A stretch of DNA of 64,000 nt from an uncultured bacterium. GTDB taxonomy: Bacteria > Cyanobacteriota > Cyanobacteriia > Cyanobacteriales > Nostocaceae. The notes beneath the pieces were generated by a model. The model did no database searches. It was not told where the DNA came from and saw only the letters and a program-made list of their open reading frames with translations. Numbering within the stretch: position 1 is the stretch's first letter; each line of letters begins with the position of its first letter. Location: NCBI GenBank assembly GCA_964246695.1, contig CAXTSI010000002.1:2690-66689 (forward strand), written 5' to 3'. Of the stretch, positions 1-10,555 are shown one piece after another. Position numbers and translations under genes: made by a program.

Positions 1-390
1 AAACACAGCTTTCAGAATCGAGAAATATCTTAACACGCCTGAGTCCGTTCTGAATCCTCAGTCCTTCCTTCTTACCTTTAGTTTAAAAAAAGTTTGGAAT
101 CTTAATAATCGCCCGTAAGTAGATGCCTTCTAGAATTTCCCGGATCGCTATAGTTGCAGTTTTGCATGGTCATTGGAGTCCAAGTACCAGATATGTTTCT
201 CTCCTGAATACATCTGTATATAATGCTACACTAATTTTTGCCTAGGTGGAGAACGCGCTTTTGAAGAAAACTGCGATCGCATCCGGACGGCGCTAGATCC
301 TACCCTAAGGAATTCACTCCCCATCGTTAATTTCGCTCTTCAGTAGGGAACAATAAATCTGAAAGGGAGAATAAATATCTAAGTAGGGTA

Positions 391-450
391 ATGGCGATGG
401 TTCAACTGAACGGCTATCAAATCCTCGATCAAATCTACGCAGGTAACAGA
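391..450 (+). pseudogene. Possible N-terminal remnant (about 20 codons) of a multidomain kinase/AAA sensor protein
   Basis: 'VQLNGYQILDQIYAGNRT' resembles the conserved N-terminus of large cyanobacterial kinase-AAA-GAF sensors. The similarity ends abruptly and the rest of the 64-aa ORF is low complexity. Confidence 0.25.
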
Positions 451-647
451 ACATTTACGTTTTGGTCTACCGCTGACTGCTATGACTCTCATCCTCGCCT
501 ATTGGTGGATTTGCTTAGTGTAAAATTTATATTAGCTTTTTCAGTATTATTACTAAGTATTATGCTTAGTTTCTTGTTAAGTTAGGGGTTTTCTAACAAT
601 CGCCTACTGCTGATGCTCGCCCACCAAAAATTGAGTTAGGGGTTTTT

Positions 648-2114
648 CTAACGACCAGCCCCACCACGATCGCGAGGTTCCTGTTGCGGGATTTTGATAT
701 TTAGCTTAGTATCAACTACCAGCAATAAGGCAAAACCCAAGGAAATAATCAAACCTAGTAGTCCAATTAATATGAGGCTATTTTGTTTTCGCGGTATGCT
801 TTTATGAATAACATTTTTATCCGAATCATGTCCTTCGATAAGGTTAGATGGCTTTAAAGTGGTTTGGCTAAAAATGCTTGTATTGAGAATTTCATTGTCT
901 TTCAACTCCTGTTTATCCTCAACCTCAGTACTAAGAGATAATACTTGTAACTTATCATCAATTTCAGATAAATAAGTACGTTCTACTTCTTTTAAATCTT
1001 GATTTGAAAAAATCTTGACATTTACGTACTTTTTAAACTCTTGTCTAAACGTTCTGCCTAAAAACTCTTCAGTTGCCTCTTTCCCCTTCACATAGATATG
1101 TGCTTTGGCAAGTTTTTCAAAAACTGATATATATGTTAGCCCTATAATTGTGATAAATGTTGCTGCTAATCCCCCCGACAAGGTACGACTTGGAGGAAAC
1201 ACAGAAGAAAGTAAGTCTAATGTAGCAGTCAAAAAGATGTTACTCAGTGATGAGATGCTGAAAGTTCCGACAGTCGATAGAAAATATGCAAAATCAGCAT
1301 AACCGTATATAGAAGCAATTTTGATAGAAAGAGTAACCTGTGATGCTATGGCGGCGGCGGGGGTTACGCCTGGAATTGGAATGAATCCCGCAGTAAAGCA
1401 AGCACTTGCAGCAGTTGTAATATATTGCCATGCTAGTTTCTTTTTAGAGCTTAGATCAACTATCTGTGCCCTAACGATCGCCTCTGAGTACATTTCTGGC
1501 ACCAACTTGATTGTCTTGTCCACTAGATCTGTCAAACCAAAGGGTTGACGGATAGGTCTACCATTAATCTCTAGAGGTTTAGCTGATGTTTTGATAACAG
1601 AATAAATTTTCTTCAAATCAAAACTATCAAGCGCTTCTTCAATACCTTTAATTTCATGTGGTCTTGCTCGATCGCATTGAGAGAGAACTATAATGGCAGG
1701 CACATGTTGCTGAGTGATTTTGTTGAGTATGTCTCGCTCAAAGTACTCAACTCTTGCTGACGAGGCGTTAATCACATACCAGATAAGATGAATCTGTTCT
1801 TTTAGGTTCTTCGCACGTTTTTCTTCTAAAAAATCAAGTACCCTCTTCACCCATTCCAGTCCCTTAGCTGCTTCATATCCAGGTGAATCATAAATGACTA
1901 TAGGAAAGAATCCCTCATTTTTAGCTGGATATTTAACGAAACTTTGAGTTATCGGTAAGCCCGCACCAGTTTTAGCTAAGTCTATGCCAAATATTGAGTT
2001 AATTAAAGTACTTTTACCAACTCCGGTGCTGCCAATAATAGCAATATTAGGCACATTAATATTGCTAATTATTTCTTTTACTTCTTCCGCTACAATTGGT
2101 TCTCTAGTTGACAT
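648..2114 (-). CDS. GTP-binding protein: P-loop GTPase domain, hydrophobic DUF697-like region, and a C-terminal extension with a TM helix
   Basis: 488-aa ORF. Walker A 'GSTGVGKSTLINSIFG', 'DSPGYEAA' (G3-like) and 'LSQCD' (NKxD-like). Hydrophobic block 'ACFTAGFIPIPGVTPAAAIASQV', late TM 'LILIGLLGLIISLGFALLLVV'. Confidence 0.8.
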   Translation of the reverse strand: MSTREPIVAEEVKEIISNINVPNIAIIGSTGVGKSTLINSIFGIDLAKTGAGLPITQSFVKYPAKNEGFFPIVIYDSPGYEAAKGLEWVKRVLDFLEEKRAKNLKEQIHLIWYVINASSARVEYFERDILNKITQQHVPAIIVLSQCDRARPHEIKGIEEALDSFDLKKIYSVIKTSAKPLEINGRPIRQPFGLTDLVDKTIKLVPEMYSEAIVRAQIVDLSSKKKLAWQYITTAASACFTAGFIPIPGVTPAAAIASQVTLSIKIASIYGYADFAYFLSTVGTFSISSLSNIFLTATLDLLSSVFPPSRTLSGGLAATFITIIGLTYISVFEKLAKAHIYVKGKEATEEFLGRTFRQEFKKYVNVKIFSNQDLKEVERTYLSEIDDKLQVLSLSTEVEDKQELKDNEILNTSIFSQTTLKPSNLIEGHDSDKNVIHKSIPRKQNSLILIGLLGLIISLGFALLLVVDTKLNIKIPQQEPRDRGGAGR

Positions 2115-2171
2115 AAATTACCTTGAAATATAAGTATTTTTTTTAAATATTATTTTTAGATCAATGCAAAA

Positions 2172-3365
2172 CTAATCTCCTTCAATATATGTTTTACTTA
2201 TTACTTCCAAAGCCTTATTTGAGTTAATGCTAATAGATACATATCTCTGAAACTGCTTTCTAAATTCTTCTTTGAGAAACTCTTCTATTACTTCTTTTCC
2301 AGAAATATTCGATTTAGCAAGATTTTCAAAAACAGATATATATGTTAAGCCTATTACTATAATAAAACTTGCTGACACTGCTGCTGAATATGCAGAGACC
2401 GGTGGAAAAAAGGTAGATATCAAGTCGGTTATTGTAGTCACAAGAATATTAGTCAGTCCTGCACTAGTAAAACTACTGATCGCTACAACAAATTCTCCTT
2501 GCTCTCTGTATCCATAAATAGATGCAATCTGAATACAAAGTGCAGTTTGAGATGCTATGGCTGTTGTTGGCGTTGAACCAGGGACTGGAATAAAACCCAC
2601 AGTAAAGCAAGTACCTGCCGCAGCTGTAACATACTTCCAAGCTAGTTTCCTTTTAATCTTCAGATCAGTTATCTGAGTCATAATCAGCGCTTCTGAGTAC
2701 ATTTCTGGTAGCAACTCTACTGTCTTATGCACTAGCTCTGTCAAGCCAAAAGGTTGACATATAGGCTTACCATCAATTTGTAGAGGGTCTGCTGATGTTT
2801 TGATGACTGAGTAAATTTTTTTCAGTTCAAAACTATCAAGCGCTTTTTCAATATCTTCAATTTCATGTTTTCTTGCTCGATCGCATTGAGAGAGAACTAT
2901 AATGGCAGGCACATGTTCATCAGTAATTTTATTAAGTATGTCTTTCTCAAAGTACTCAACCCGTGCTGACGAGGCATTCATCACATACCAGACAAGATGA
3001 ATTTGTTCTTTTAAGCTCTGCGCACGTTTTTCTTCTAAAAACTTAAGTACTTTGTTCACCCATTCCAGTTCCTTAGCTGCTTCATACCCGGGAGAATCAT
3101 AGATGACTATAGGAAAAATTTTATCCGAGCCTTCAGGTGGAAATCGGCAAAATTCTTGAGTGATTGGTAAGCCTGAGCCAGTTTTAGCATATTCTATTCC
3201 AAAAATTCTGTTAATAAGAGTACTTTTTCCAGTTCCTGTTCTACCTATTACGGCAATGTTAGGAGATTCTAGCTGCTTAATTTTCTCCTTTAGTTCTTCA
3301 GAAATTGGTTTCTCTTGATTAGATATGTTGACTATTTTTTGAAATAGATGAGTAAAAAATAACAA
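2172..3365 (-). CDS. GTP-binding protein, paralog of 648..2114 (GTPase plus DUF697-like region)
   Basis: 397-aa ORF, collinear and highly similar to its neighbour ('GRTGTGKSTLINRIFG', 'DSPGYEAA', 'LSQCDRAR', 'IYSVIKTSA'). The start codon shown is TTG, so the real start is uncertain. Confidence 0.8.
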   Translation of the reverse strand: MLFFTHLFQKIVNISNQEKPISEELKEKIKQLESPNIAVIGRTGTGKSTLINRIFGIEYAKTGSGLPITQEFCRFPPEGSDKIFPIVIYDSPGYEAAKELEWVNKVLKFLEEKRAQSLKEQIHLVWYVMNASSARVEYFEKDILNKITDEHVPAIIVLSQCDRARKHEIEDIEKALDSFELKKIYSVIKTSADPLQIDGKPICQPFGLTELVHKTVELLPEMYSEALIMTQITDLKIKRKLAWKYVTAAAGTCFTVGFIPVPGSTPTTAIASQTALCIQIASIYGYREQGEFVVAISSFTSAGLTNILVTTITDLISTFFPPVSAYSAAVSASFIIVIGLTYISVFENLAKSNISGKEVIEEFLKEEFRKQFQRYVSISINSNKALEVISKTYIEGD

Positions 3366-3551
3366 TTATTATAACAAATTATAATCTGGCACGGAAGTAT
3401 TTCTACTCTGTCGAGCAAAGAATCTTTACCAAAAATAACGGCTTAATAGGGATTCCGGGGATATGGAACTGTCAAAAAAATCTGAAACCTTCAGTTTGTA
3501 AGGATTAGAAGCTCTGATTGCCGACTGTATAAAACTAGTACTGCGAAGCGG

Positions 3552-3604
3552 AATTAAAAATTAAAAATTAAAAATTAAAAAAGCGAAAAGCATAAGCTTT
3601 TCGC
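3552..3604. repeat. AATTAAA heptamer array followed by the hairpin GCGAAAAGC-N4-GCTTTTCGC
   Basis: Direct reading. The same heptamer array recurs at 14429, 14669 (inverted) and 60211. Confidence 0.8.
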
Positions 3605-3764
3605 GCTATGGGTGAATGGTTGCTTTATTTCCGCCGTCTTGTACTAGTATCGGATGTACGCCGTTAATTAACGTGATTACAAGGTTATGGGTGGTATAAC
3701 AGAGATTGTATCGTTGTCGATGTGAGCAGGTCTTTGTCTGCAAGCGTAACCAAGGAGTGAAGTC

Positions 3765-5519
3765 ATGGAATATCAGTCGATCCACAAGCACGGTATCATT
3801 GAAAACATGTATACAACTGCCTTGGTGGGGCTGAACGGGGCGATCGACTGGTTTTGTTTTCCGAGTCATGACTCGCCTAGCGTCTTTGCCGCTCTACTGG
3901 ATGCTGACAAGGGCGGACATTTCAAGATTTCACCCATGATAAACGAGGTGACTCACAAGCAGTTGTACTGGCCTGAAACAAATGTCCTGGTAACCCGCTT
4001 CCTGACACCAAAAGGCGTCGGTGAAATTACTGATTTTATGCCTGTAGGCATGAAAGCGCAAGACCTTGGCTATCAGTGGTTAGTCAGGCGTGTGAGGGTG
4101 ATCCGTGGCTGCATGGATTTCAGTATGGAATGCCGTCCCGCTTTTAACTACGCCCGAGATGAACACCAAACAACGATCAGTTCTTTCGGTGCAGTCTTTC
4201 ACTCAAAAACCCTCAGCCTTGAACTCTCTACAGATATCCCACTACAGCAATCAGACAGTGGGGTGGAAGCCAATTTTACCCTTCACTCCGGAGAGACAGC
4301 GGCGTTTGTGATCCGGGAAACCGCTCCTGAAGGTGGCTGCGGACTTCCCCTGACTCAGTCACAAGCGGATGATTTGTTCAAGCGTACTATTGAGTACTGG
4401 CGTCGTTGGCTTGGGCAATGCACTTACAAAGGTCGGTGGCGCGAGATAGTCAACAGATCGGCGTTAGTTTTGAAGCTGCTTACCTACGAGCCAACTGGGG
4501 CGATCATTGCATCGCCAACCTGTAGCCTGCCTGAGAAGGTTGGCGGTCAACGCAACTGGGACTACCGCTACACCTGGATACGAGATGCAGCTTTCACGGT
4601 TTATGCTCTGCTGAAGCTTGGTTTCACTGATGAGGCGGCCAAGTTTATGAATTGGATAGATTGCCGTTGTCACGAGCGAAACCGGGACGGTTCTCTGCAA
4701 ACTATGTATGGGATTGACGGACGTCACGACCTGAAGGAGGAAATTTTAGACCATCTTGAGGGTTACAAAGGTTCGAGTCCTGTGCGCATTGGCAATGCTG
4801 CTTACGAGCAGTTACAACTGGACATTTGTGGTGAGTTGATGGACTCAGTGTATCTCTACAACAAGTATGGAGCACCAATCTCGTATGATATGTGGACCCA
4901 ACTGCGTGAGTTGATCAATTGGGTTTGTGACAACTGGCAGCAGCAAGATCAAGGTATATGGGAAGTGCGTGGCAAAGATCAACCCTTCGTATACTCGAAA
5001 CTCATGTGCTGGGTAGCAGTGGATCGCGGCTTACGTCTGGCTGACAAGCGGTCATTTCCAGCAGATCGGGAGCGGTGGGTTCTGGTGAGAGACAAAATTT
5101 ATGAGGAGATCGTGGATCGGGGATGGAATGCTTCACGTCAGGCTTTTGTGCAATACTACGGCAGTGCCTCCCTGGATGCTTCCAATCTAATGATGCCTCT
5201 GGTATTCTTCCTCTCCCCTACAGATCCCCGAATGCTGAAGACTATCGATGCCATCAATCAATCTCCGGACCAAGGAGGGCTGGTCTTCAATAGCCTGGTG
5301 TACCGATACAATGTGGAAGAAGCGCCCGATGGTTTGACAGGAGAAGAGGGAACCTTCAATATTTGCACGTTTTGGTTGGTTGAAGCACTAGCCCGTGCCG
5401 GAAAAGTAGATAGCGCCCGACTTGATGAAGCCCGAATGATGTTTGAAGAGATGCTAGGTCATGCTAACCATCTGGGGCTTTATGGCGAAGAAACTGATCT
5501 TATTAGACATCTGCTTTAG
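3765..5519 (+). CDS. Glycoside hydrolase family 15 protein (glucoamylase/trehalase-like); the C-terminus appears replaced
   Basis: 584-aa ORF. N-terminal '[38 protein letters not shown]' and '[15 protein letters not shown]' are GH15 signatures. The end '...[19 protein letters not shown]' stops where homologs, as I recall them, continue for about 35 more residues. Confidence 0.85.
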   Translation: MEYQSIHKHGIIENMYTTALVGLNGAIDWFCFPSHDSPSVFAALLDADKGGHFKISPMINEVTHKQLYWPETNVLVTRFLTPKGVGEITDFMPVGMKAQDLGYQWLVRRVRVIRGCMDFSMECRPAFNYARDEHQTTISSFGAVFHSKTLSLELSTDIPLQQSDSGVEANFTLHSGETAAFVIRETAPEGGCGLPLTQSQADDLFKRTIEYWRRWLGQCTYKGRWREIVNRSALVLKLLTYEPTGAIIASPTCSLPEKVGGQRNWDYRYTWIRDAAFTVYALLKLGFTDEAAKFMNWIDCRCHERNRDGSLQTMYGIDGRHDLKEEILDHLEGYKGSSPVRIGNAAYEQLQLDICGELMDSVYLYNKYGAPISYDMWTQLRELINWVCDNWQQQDQGIWEVRGKDQPFVYSKLMCWVAVDRGLRLADKRSFPADRERWVLVRDKIYEEIVDRGWNASRQAFVQYYGSASLDASNLMMPLVFFLSPTDPRMLKTIDAINQSPDQGGLVFNSLVYRYNVEEAPDGLTGEEGTFNICTFWLVEALARAGKVDSARLDEARMMFEEMLGHANHLGLYGEETDLIRHLL

Positions 5520-5838
5520 ACAAGATGATATCCTTAACAGTCATCTTAACGAAGAATTTGACTTTGTATTTGATCGCGGCTGTTTCCATGTGTTACCCCC
5601 TGAACAAAGACAAGACTACATTCGCGTTGTACATAGTTTGGTGAAGCCCAAAGGTTACTTGTTTCTGAAATGTTTTAGCTACTTAGAAAAACGTGAGTCA
5701 GGTCCATATCGATTTACACCAGAAGAAATCAAGGAGATTTTCAGCGATCGCTTCCACCTCATATCTGTTGAAGAAACAGTATACCAAGGCACGTTAGACC
5801 CACTTCCACAAGCACTATTCTGCATTTGGCAAAAATAA
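5500..5838 (+). pseudogene. Class I SAM-dependent methyltransferase lacking its N-terminal SAM-binding part
   Basis: 'DDILNSHLNEEFDFVFDRGCFHVLPPEQRQDYIRVVHSLVKPKGYLFLKCFS' is the post-motif-I part of small methyltransferases. No GxGxG motif is present, and the ORF start overlaps the GH15 3' end in another frame. Confidence 0.6.
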
Positions 5839-6785
5839 TGCGAGAACTTTATCCACCAATTGAACCTTACAAAGAAGGCAGCTTACAGGTTTCAGATATC
5901 CATACCATTCATTTTGAAGAGTCAGGCAACCCGCAGGGCAAGCCCATCGTTTTGCTACATGGAGGACCTGGTGGTGGATGTCCACCCTTTTATCGGCAAT
6001 ATTTCAACCCAGAAAAATGGCGGATTGTGATGTTTGACCAACGCGGTTGTGGTCAAAGTACACCATCAGCTGAACTGCGGGAAAACACCACTTGGGATTT
6101 AGTAAATGACATTGAAAAACTGCGCGAGCATTTAGGTATAGAAAAGTGGGTTGTATTCGGTGGCAGTTGGGGGAGTACTTTATCACTAGCCTACAGTCAA
6201 ACCCATACGAATCGATGCACGGGACTAATTTTACGTGGCATCTTTATGTTGAGACAAAAAGAATTGCGATGGTTCTACCAAGAGGGCGCTAGCTATATTT
6301 TTCCTGATGCTTGGTCAGAATATCTCAAACCAATCGCGATCGCTGAACGTGAGGATCTGCTCACAGCTTATTACAAACGCTTGACAAGTCCAGATTTACA
6401 AATTAGGCTAGAAGCAGCACGTGCTTGGTCAATTTGGGAAGCTCGTACAAGTAGATTGTTACCAGATCCAGAACTCATGCAAAAGTTTGGCGAAAATGAA
6501 TTTGCCGATGCGTTTGCACGAATTGAGTGCCATTACTTTATCAATAAGGGATTTTTTGAACCTGACGATCAATTACTCTTGAATGTTCACCTGATCCGCC
6601 ATATTCCAGCTGTGATTGTTCAGGGACGCTACGATCTAGTGTGTCCTATGATATCAGCTTGGGAATTACATCGCGCTTGGCAGTCAGCAGAATTTATTGT
6701 TGTCCCTGACGCCGGACATTCGATAAGTGAACCAGGAATTCGCAGTGCGTTGATTGAAACAACAGATAAGTTTGTAAATTTATAA
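5838..6785 (+). CDS. pip: Prolyl aminopeptidase (proline iminopeptidase)
   Basis: 'MRELYPPIEPY...GKPIVLLHGGPGGG', nucleophile elbow 'GGSWGSTL', C-terminal 'DAGHS'. I use the ATG at 5838 rather than 5826. Confidence 0.9.
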   Translation: MRELYPPIEPYKEGSLQVSDIHTIHFEESGNPQGKPIVLLHGGPGGGCPPFYRQYFNPEKWRIVMFDQRGCGQSTPSAELRENTTWDLVNDIEKLREHLGIEKWVVFGGSWGSTLSLAYSQTHTNRCTGLILRGIFMLRQKELRWFYQEGASYIFPDAWSEYLKPIAIAEREDLLTAYYKRLTSPDLQIRLEAARAWSIWEARTSRLLPDPELMQKFGENEFADAFARIECHYFINKGFFEPDDQLLLNVHLIRHIPAVIVQGRYDLVCPMISAWELHRAWQSAEFIVVPDAGHSISEPGIRSALIETTDKFVNL

Positions 6786-6795
6786 TAACTTCTGC

Positions 6796-6872
6796 ATTGG
6801 TAATTGGTAATTGGTAATGGCTAATCGTAGTCAAGCAATTAGCCATTAGCTATTAGCTATTAGCTATTAGCA
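6796..6872. repeat. Palindromic STRR heptamer array (GGTAATT... / ...ATTAGCT) between the convergent pip and glsB-like genes
   Basis: The two arms are reverse complements (GGCTAAT / ATTAGCC). The array can fold as a long hairpin and is a likely bidirectional terminator. Confidence 0.75.
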
Positions 6873-6879
6873 GTTATCA

Positions 6880-7149
6880 TTAGTATACTCTGCTAGAAAA
6901 CTTGTAGTACAAGAAGATAGCAATCATTGCACCCAATACCGCAACGAACAAACCGGGAAGCGAGAGAGTTGCAGACGTAAGTGTCAAATTTCCAGTTTGT
7001 AATAAATTAGCTAATGTTCCACCAATGAAAGCACCAACAATTCCCAGAACCAGGGTAGCAAGAATGCTGCCTCCTTGGTAACCAGGATAGATAGCCTTAG
7101 CAATAGCACCTGCAAGCAGACCTAACACAACCCAAGCAATAAGATTCAT
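6880..7149 (-). CDS. GlsB/YeaQ/YmgE family stress-response membrane protein
   Basis: 'MNLIAWVVLGLLAGAIAKAIYPGYQGGSILATLVLGIVGAFIGG' is the typical family sequence. The start is taken at the internal ATG (7149). Confidence 0.85.
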   Translation of the reverse strand: MNLIAWVVLGLLAGAIAKAIYPGYQGGSILATLVLGIVGAFIGGTLANLLQTGNLTLTSATLSLPGLFVAVLGAMIAIFLYYKFSSRVY

Positions 7150-8031
7150 ATTTTTACTCCATTTATTTATTCGATACGAAGAACTAAAGCAGCTACAGTC
7201 CAATCTCAGTCATATCTCCCCTTTACAGTCTAACAATCTCGTTAGGGTAAGATAACTATTTCCAGCTATGTTGTAGCCCTCCTTAGGTTTTATACCTTAA
7301 GAATGATGTTAGATAAAGCAATGCTTTATACGATTTCAAACTATATGGGTTGTGGACAAGTGATGGCGACGGCAGGACTTCTTACTTTACCCATTGATTG
7401 GCAAGATTTATCAAGAATAGCGAGAAGTGCAAAACCCAAGCTGGCTCATCTGTGTTTCAGATAGGGGATGCAGCACAACGCTCTTGTTTTTCATCTAAGT
7501 CACATATCTGGTAAGATACTTTTAGTACGGCGGGACTCGTCGGAATTTAAGCCCAACACTCGAACTAACGAGGTGTAAGGAAATAACACTCCGCCTCAAG
7601 AGGCAACCGGGGTGTGCCTGGGAACCTCAGTCAATGAGGATATAAAGAGTGGAAGCTCTTTAATATTCCTATATCAAAACAGCGATGGAGTGTCAACTGA
7701 TAAACTTGCAGAATCATGTGTGTAAGATCAAGAATCAGCCTTTGGGTAAGTGGAAAATGAAGTTAGATTTCCACTACACTGCTTTAGGGATGCAAATCTG
7801 TAAGAAAGTTATTTAATATAACCGATAGTTTCTTGTTGTGGTACTAAATGCCTCAAATTCAAAGTAGTTTTGGGCTGTATTCCTCTTGTTTAGTTGGAAA
7901 AGCCAGACGGTTTAAAGTGTTTATCAGTTTTCGGTTTCAAGCAATGCGCTGGTTCGCGTTTGGGCAGAAACCTGAATTGGCACCAGATGTATTGCTGAAT
8001 TCCTAAAAACTGTTAAGTAAAGGCACGAAAA

Positions 8032-9306
8032 ATGAGTATTATCCAAGCAAAGTTTGCAGCAACAGAAACTGAATTTCATGTGGAAGGCTACGAGAAAATC
8101 GACTTTAGTCTTGCCTTCGTGAATGGACTATTCGATTTAAAGAACACAGAACTGGCAGATAGTTATCAAGGTTTTGGGCGCTGTCTTGCTGTTGTTGACC
8201 ATAATGTGAATCGAATCTACGGTTCCCAGATCAAACAATACTTCAAGTACTACAACATTGACATCACTATCTACCCAGTGATTATAGAGGAGAACGGCAA
8301 AACTATCAACACTTTTTTGTCGGTTGTTGATGCGTTCTCTGCATTTAATTTGTTGCGGAAAGAGCCAGTTCTGGTGGTTGGTGGAGGATTAGTCTTAGAT
8401 GTCGTTGGCTTCGCCTGTGCGGCTTATCGACGCAGCACGAACTACATCCGCGTTCCTACGACTCTGATCGCTTTAGTTGATGCGGGTGTAGCCATCAAGG
8501 TAGCTGTCAATCACGGTAAGCTGAAAAACCGTTTGGGCGCTTACCACCCACCCAAGAAAGTTTTCCTCGACTTCTCGTTTTTGCGGACACTCCCCACAGA
8601 TCAAGTTCGGAACGGAATGGCAGAACTTGTAAAGATTGCGGTGGTTTCAAACGCTGAAGTATTTGAGCTGTTGTATGAGTATGGGGAAGATTTACTGCGT
8701 ACACACTTTGGCTACATTGATGGCACTCCTGAACTAAAGGATGTGGCGCATCGCTTAAATTACGAGGCGATTAAGACGATGCTGGAGTTGGAGACGCCGA
8801 ATCTCCACGAATTGATGCTCGATCGCGTCATCGCCTACGGACACACTTGGAGTCCGACATTGGAACTAACTCCGAATGTGCCACTGTTGCACGGTCATGC
8901 GGTAAATATCGACATGGCATTCTCAGCCACGATCGCCGGAATGCGAGGTTATATCACCACCACCGATCGCGATCGCATCCTAGGATTGATGAGTCGGATC
9001 GGTCTTTCTCTCGACCACGATCTGCTTGATAGCGATTTGTTGTGGTACGCCACCCAGTCCATAACGCTGACACGGGACGGTTTGCAGCGTGCGGCGATGC
9101 CTAAACCAATTGGCGAATGCTTCTTCGTCAACGATTTGACTCGTGAAGAATTAGACGCGGCTTTGGTTGAACACAAGCGGATTTGCGCTACATACCCCCG
9201 TGCTGGTGCCGGAATAGATGCTTACGTCAGCAGTGTTGAGCAAGATCTAAACAGCGAAGCGATCGGTAATGAGGCAAACTTGGTTGGGAGTGTCAACAAT
9301 GTCTAA
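8032..9306 (+). CDS. mysA: Demethyl-4-deoxygadusol synthase (sugar phosphate cyclase of the DHQS superfamily)
   Basis: 424 aa. 'MSIIQAKF...FHVEGYEKI', '[12 protein letters not shown]', '[11 protein letters not shown]', '[17 protein letters not shown]' and '[16 protein letters not shown]' match my recollection of cyanobacterial DDGS (the Ava_3858 type). Confidence 0.85.
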   Translation: MSIIQAKFAATETEFHVEGYEKIDFSLAFVNGLFDLKNTELADSYQGFGRCLAVVDHNVNRIYGSQIKQYFKYYNIDITIYPVIIEENGKTINTFLSVVDAFSAFNLLRKEPVLVVGGGLVLDVVGFACAAYRRSTNYIRVPTTLIALVDAGVAIKVAVNHGKLKNRLGAYHPPKKVFLDFSFLRTLPTDQVRNGMAELVKIAVVSNAEVFELLYEYGEDLLRTHFGYIDGTPELKDVAHRLNYEAIKTMLELETPNLHELMLDRVIAYGHTWSPTLELTPNVPLLHGHAVNIDMAFSATIAGMRGYITTTDRDRILGLMSRIGLSLDHDLLDSDLLWYATQSITLTRDGLQRAAMPKPIGECFFVNDLTREELDAALVEHKRICATYPRAGAGIDAYVSSVEQDLNSEAIGNEANLVGSVNNV

Positions 9307-10120
9307 TGTTGTCAACGTCGAAAAAGCTCGTCCCGTGACGCCACTGAGTATCTTGGTACACCATCTCGAAACCGCTGTGCGCATGGCGGAGTCAAACCCC
9401 AGTCTAGCAGCGCAGCTACAGCAATGCTTGCGTCTAGCAGCAGGTTTAGATCCTTATTTAGATGAGTGTACTACCTCGGAGTCAGAGGCGCTGGCGGCGA
9501 TCGCACACAAGACCCAGCAAGAAGCGTGGAAAGAGCGATTTACCTCCGGCTCTACAGTGCGAGAATTAGAGCAGGAAATGCTTTCAGGACACGTCGAGGG
9601 ACAGACGCTAAAAATGTTTGTCTACATGACACAGGCAAAAACTGTGTTAGACATCGGCATGTTCACAGGCTACTCAGCACTAGCGATGGCAGAAGCACTG
9701 CCTAATGATGGGCGTTTAGTGGCTTGCGAAGTAGATGCTTATGTAGCTGAGTTTGCAACTTCATTATTTTGTCAATCCCCCCACGGACAGAAAATTCAGG
9801 TGGAAGTGGGACCGGCGCTGGAAACCCTTGGCAAGCTGGCTGCTATGGGAGAGTCATTCGAGTTGGTGTTCATTGATGCCGATAAAAAAGAGTACGTGCA
9901 GTATTTCCAGATGCTGCTGGACTCTAACTTGCTCTCCCCCCACGGCTTCATCTGCGTAGACAATACATTGTTACAAGGACAGCCTTATCTTCCAGCTCAA
10001 GAGCGTTCGGCAAATGGGGAGGCGATCGCCAACTTCAACCGCATTGTGAAAAACGATCGGCGCGTTGAGCAGGTCATGCTGCCTTTGCGAGACGGCTTGA
10101 CCATCATTAGACGAGTGTAG
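9299..10120 (+). CDS. mysB: Class I cation-dependent O-methyltransferase (4-deoxygadusol-forming)
   Basis: Its ATG overlaps the mysA stop (ATGTCTAA). '[19 protein letters not shown]', 'FIDADKKEY' and 'DNTLLQG' are caffeoyl-CoA-OMT-like motifs. The position directly after DDGS matches known MAA clusters. Confidence 0.85.
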   Translation: MSNVVNVEKARPVTPLSILVHHLETAVRMAESNPSLAAQLQQCLRLAAGLDPYLDECTTSESEALAAIAHKTQQEAWKERFTSGSTVRELEQEMLSGHVEGQTLKMFVYMTQAKTVLDIGMFTGYSALAMAEALPNDGRLVACEVDAYVAEFATSLFCQSPHGQKIQVEVGPALETLGKLAAMGESFELVFIDADKKEYVQYFQMLLDSNLLSPHGFICVDNTLLQGQPYLPAQERSANGEAIANFNRIVKNDRRVEQVMLPLRDGLTIIRRV

Positions 10121-10123
10121 ACT

Positions 10124-10293
10124 GGCAACGGATGTTGTAGCGGATGTGGCAACGGATGTTGTCGCGGATGTAGCGGATGTGGCAACGGATGTTGTCGCGG
10201 ATGTAGCGGATGCTTTATCTGTTAGTCCTACAGTTTAATTATCCGTTACATCCGTTGCCACATCCGTTGCCACATCCGTTGCTAACCGTTGCG
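10124..10293. repeat. Composite hairpin built from tandem 9-13 nt units (GGCAACGGATGT / GTAGCGGATGT) and their complement (ACATCCGTTGCC)
   Basis: Direct reading: about 8 forward units, a loop of about 40 nt, then 3-4 reverse-complement units. It starts 4 nt after the mysB stop. Confidence 0.85.
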
Positions 10294-10555
10294 TGAGATT
10301 AAAGGACAATAATTACATCACCGACTGGATATGGTCAAGCGGCCTTGTGCAGACATGGCAACATATATGCATTTGATAATCAGCAAGTAGCACCCTTAAA
10401 TCATGCAGGAATTCATCACTGGACTAGAGTATTGCACCCATCGCACAGTTCGGGACGGCGTGTTAAAGACCACAATATAACCGTAGGGGCGCGGAAACCG
10501 CGCCCTTACAATGCAATCAATTCAATTGAAACCGGGTTTGCTCCGCGTGTACGAA

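Noticed and set aside
9997-10185. A 62-aa 'HPLHPRQHPLPHPLQHPLP' ORF.
   Set aside because: It is a translation artefact of the tandem GGATGT-type repeat and of the antisense of the mysB 3' end.
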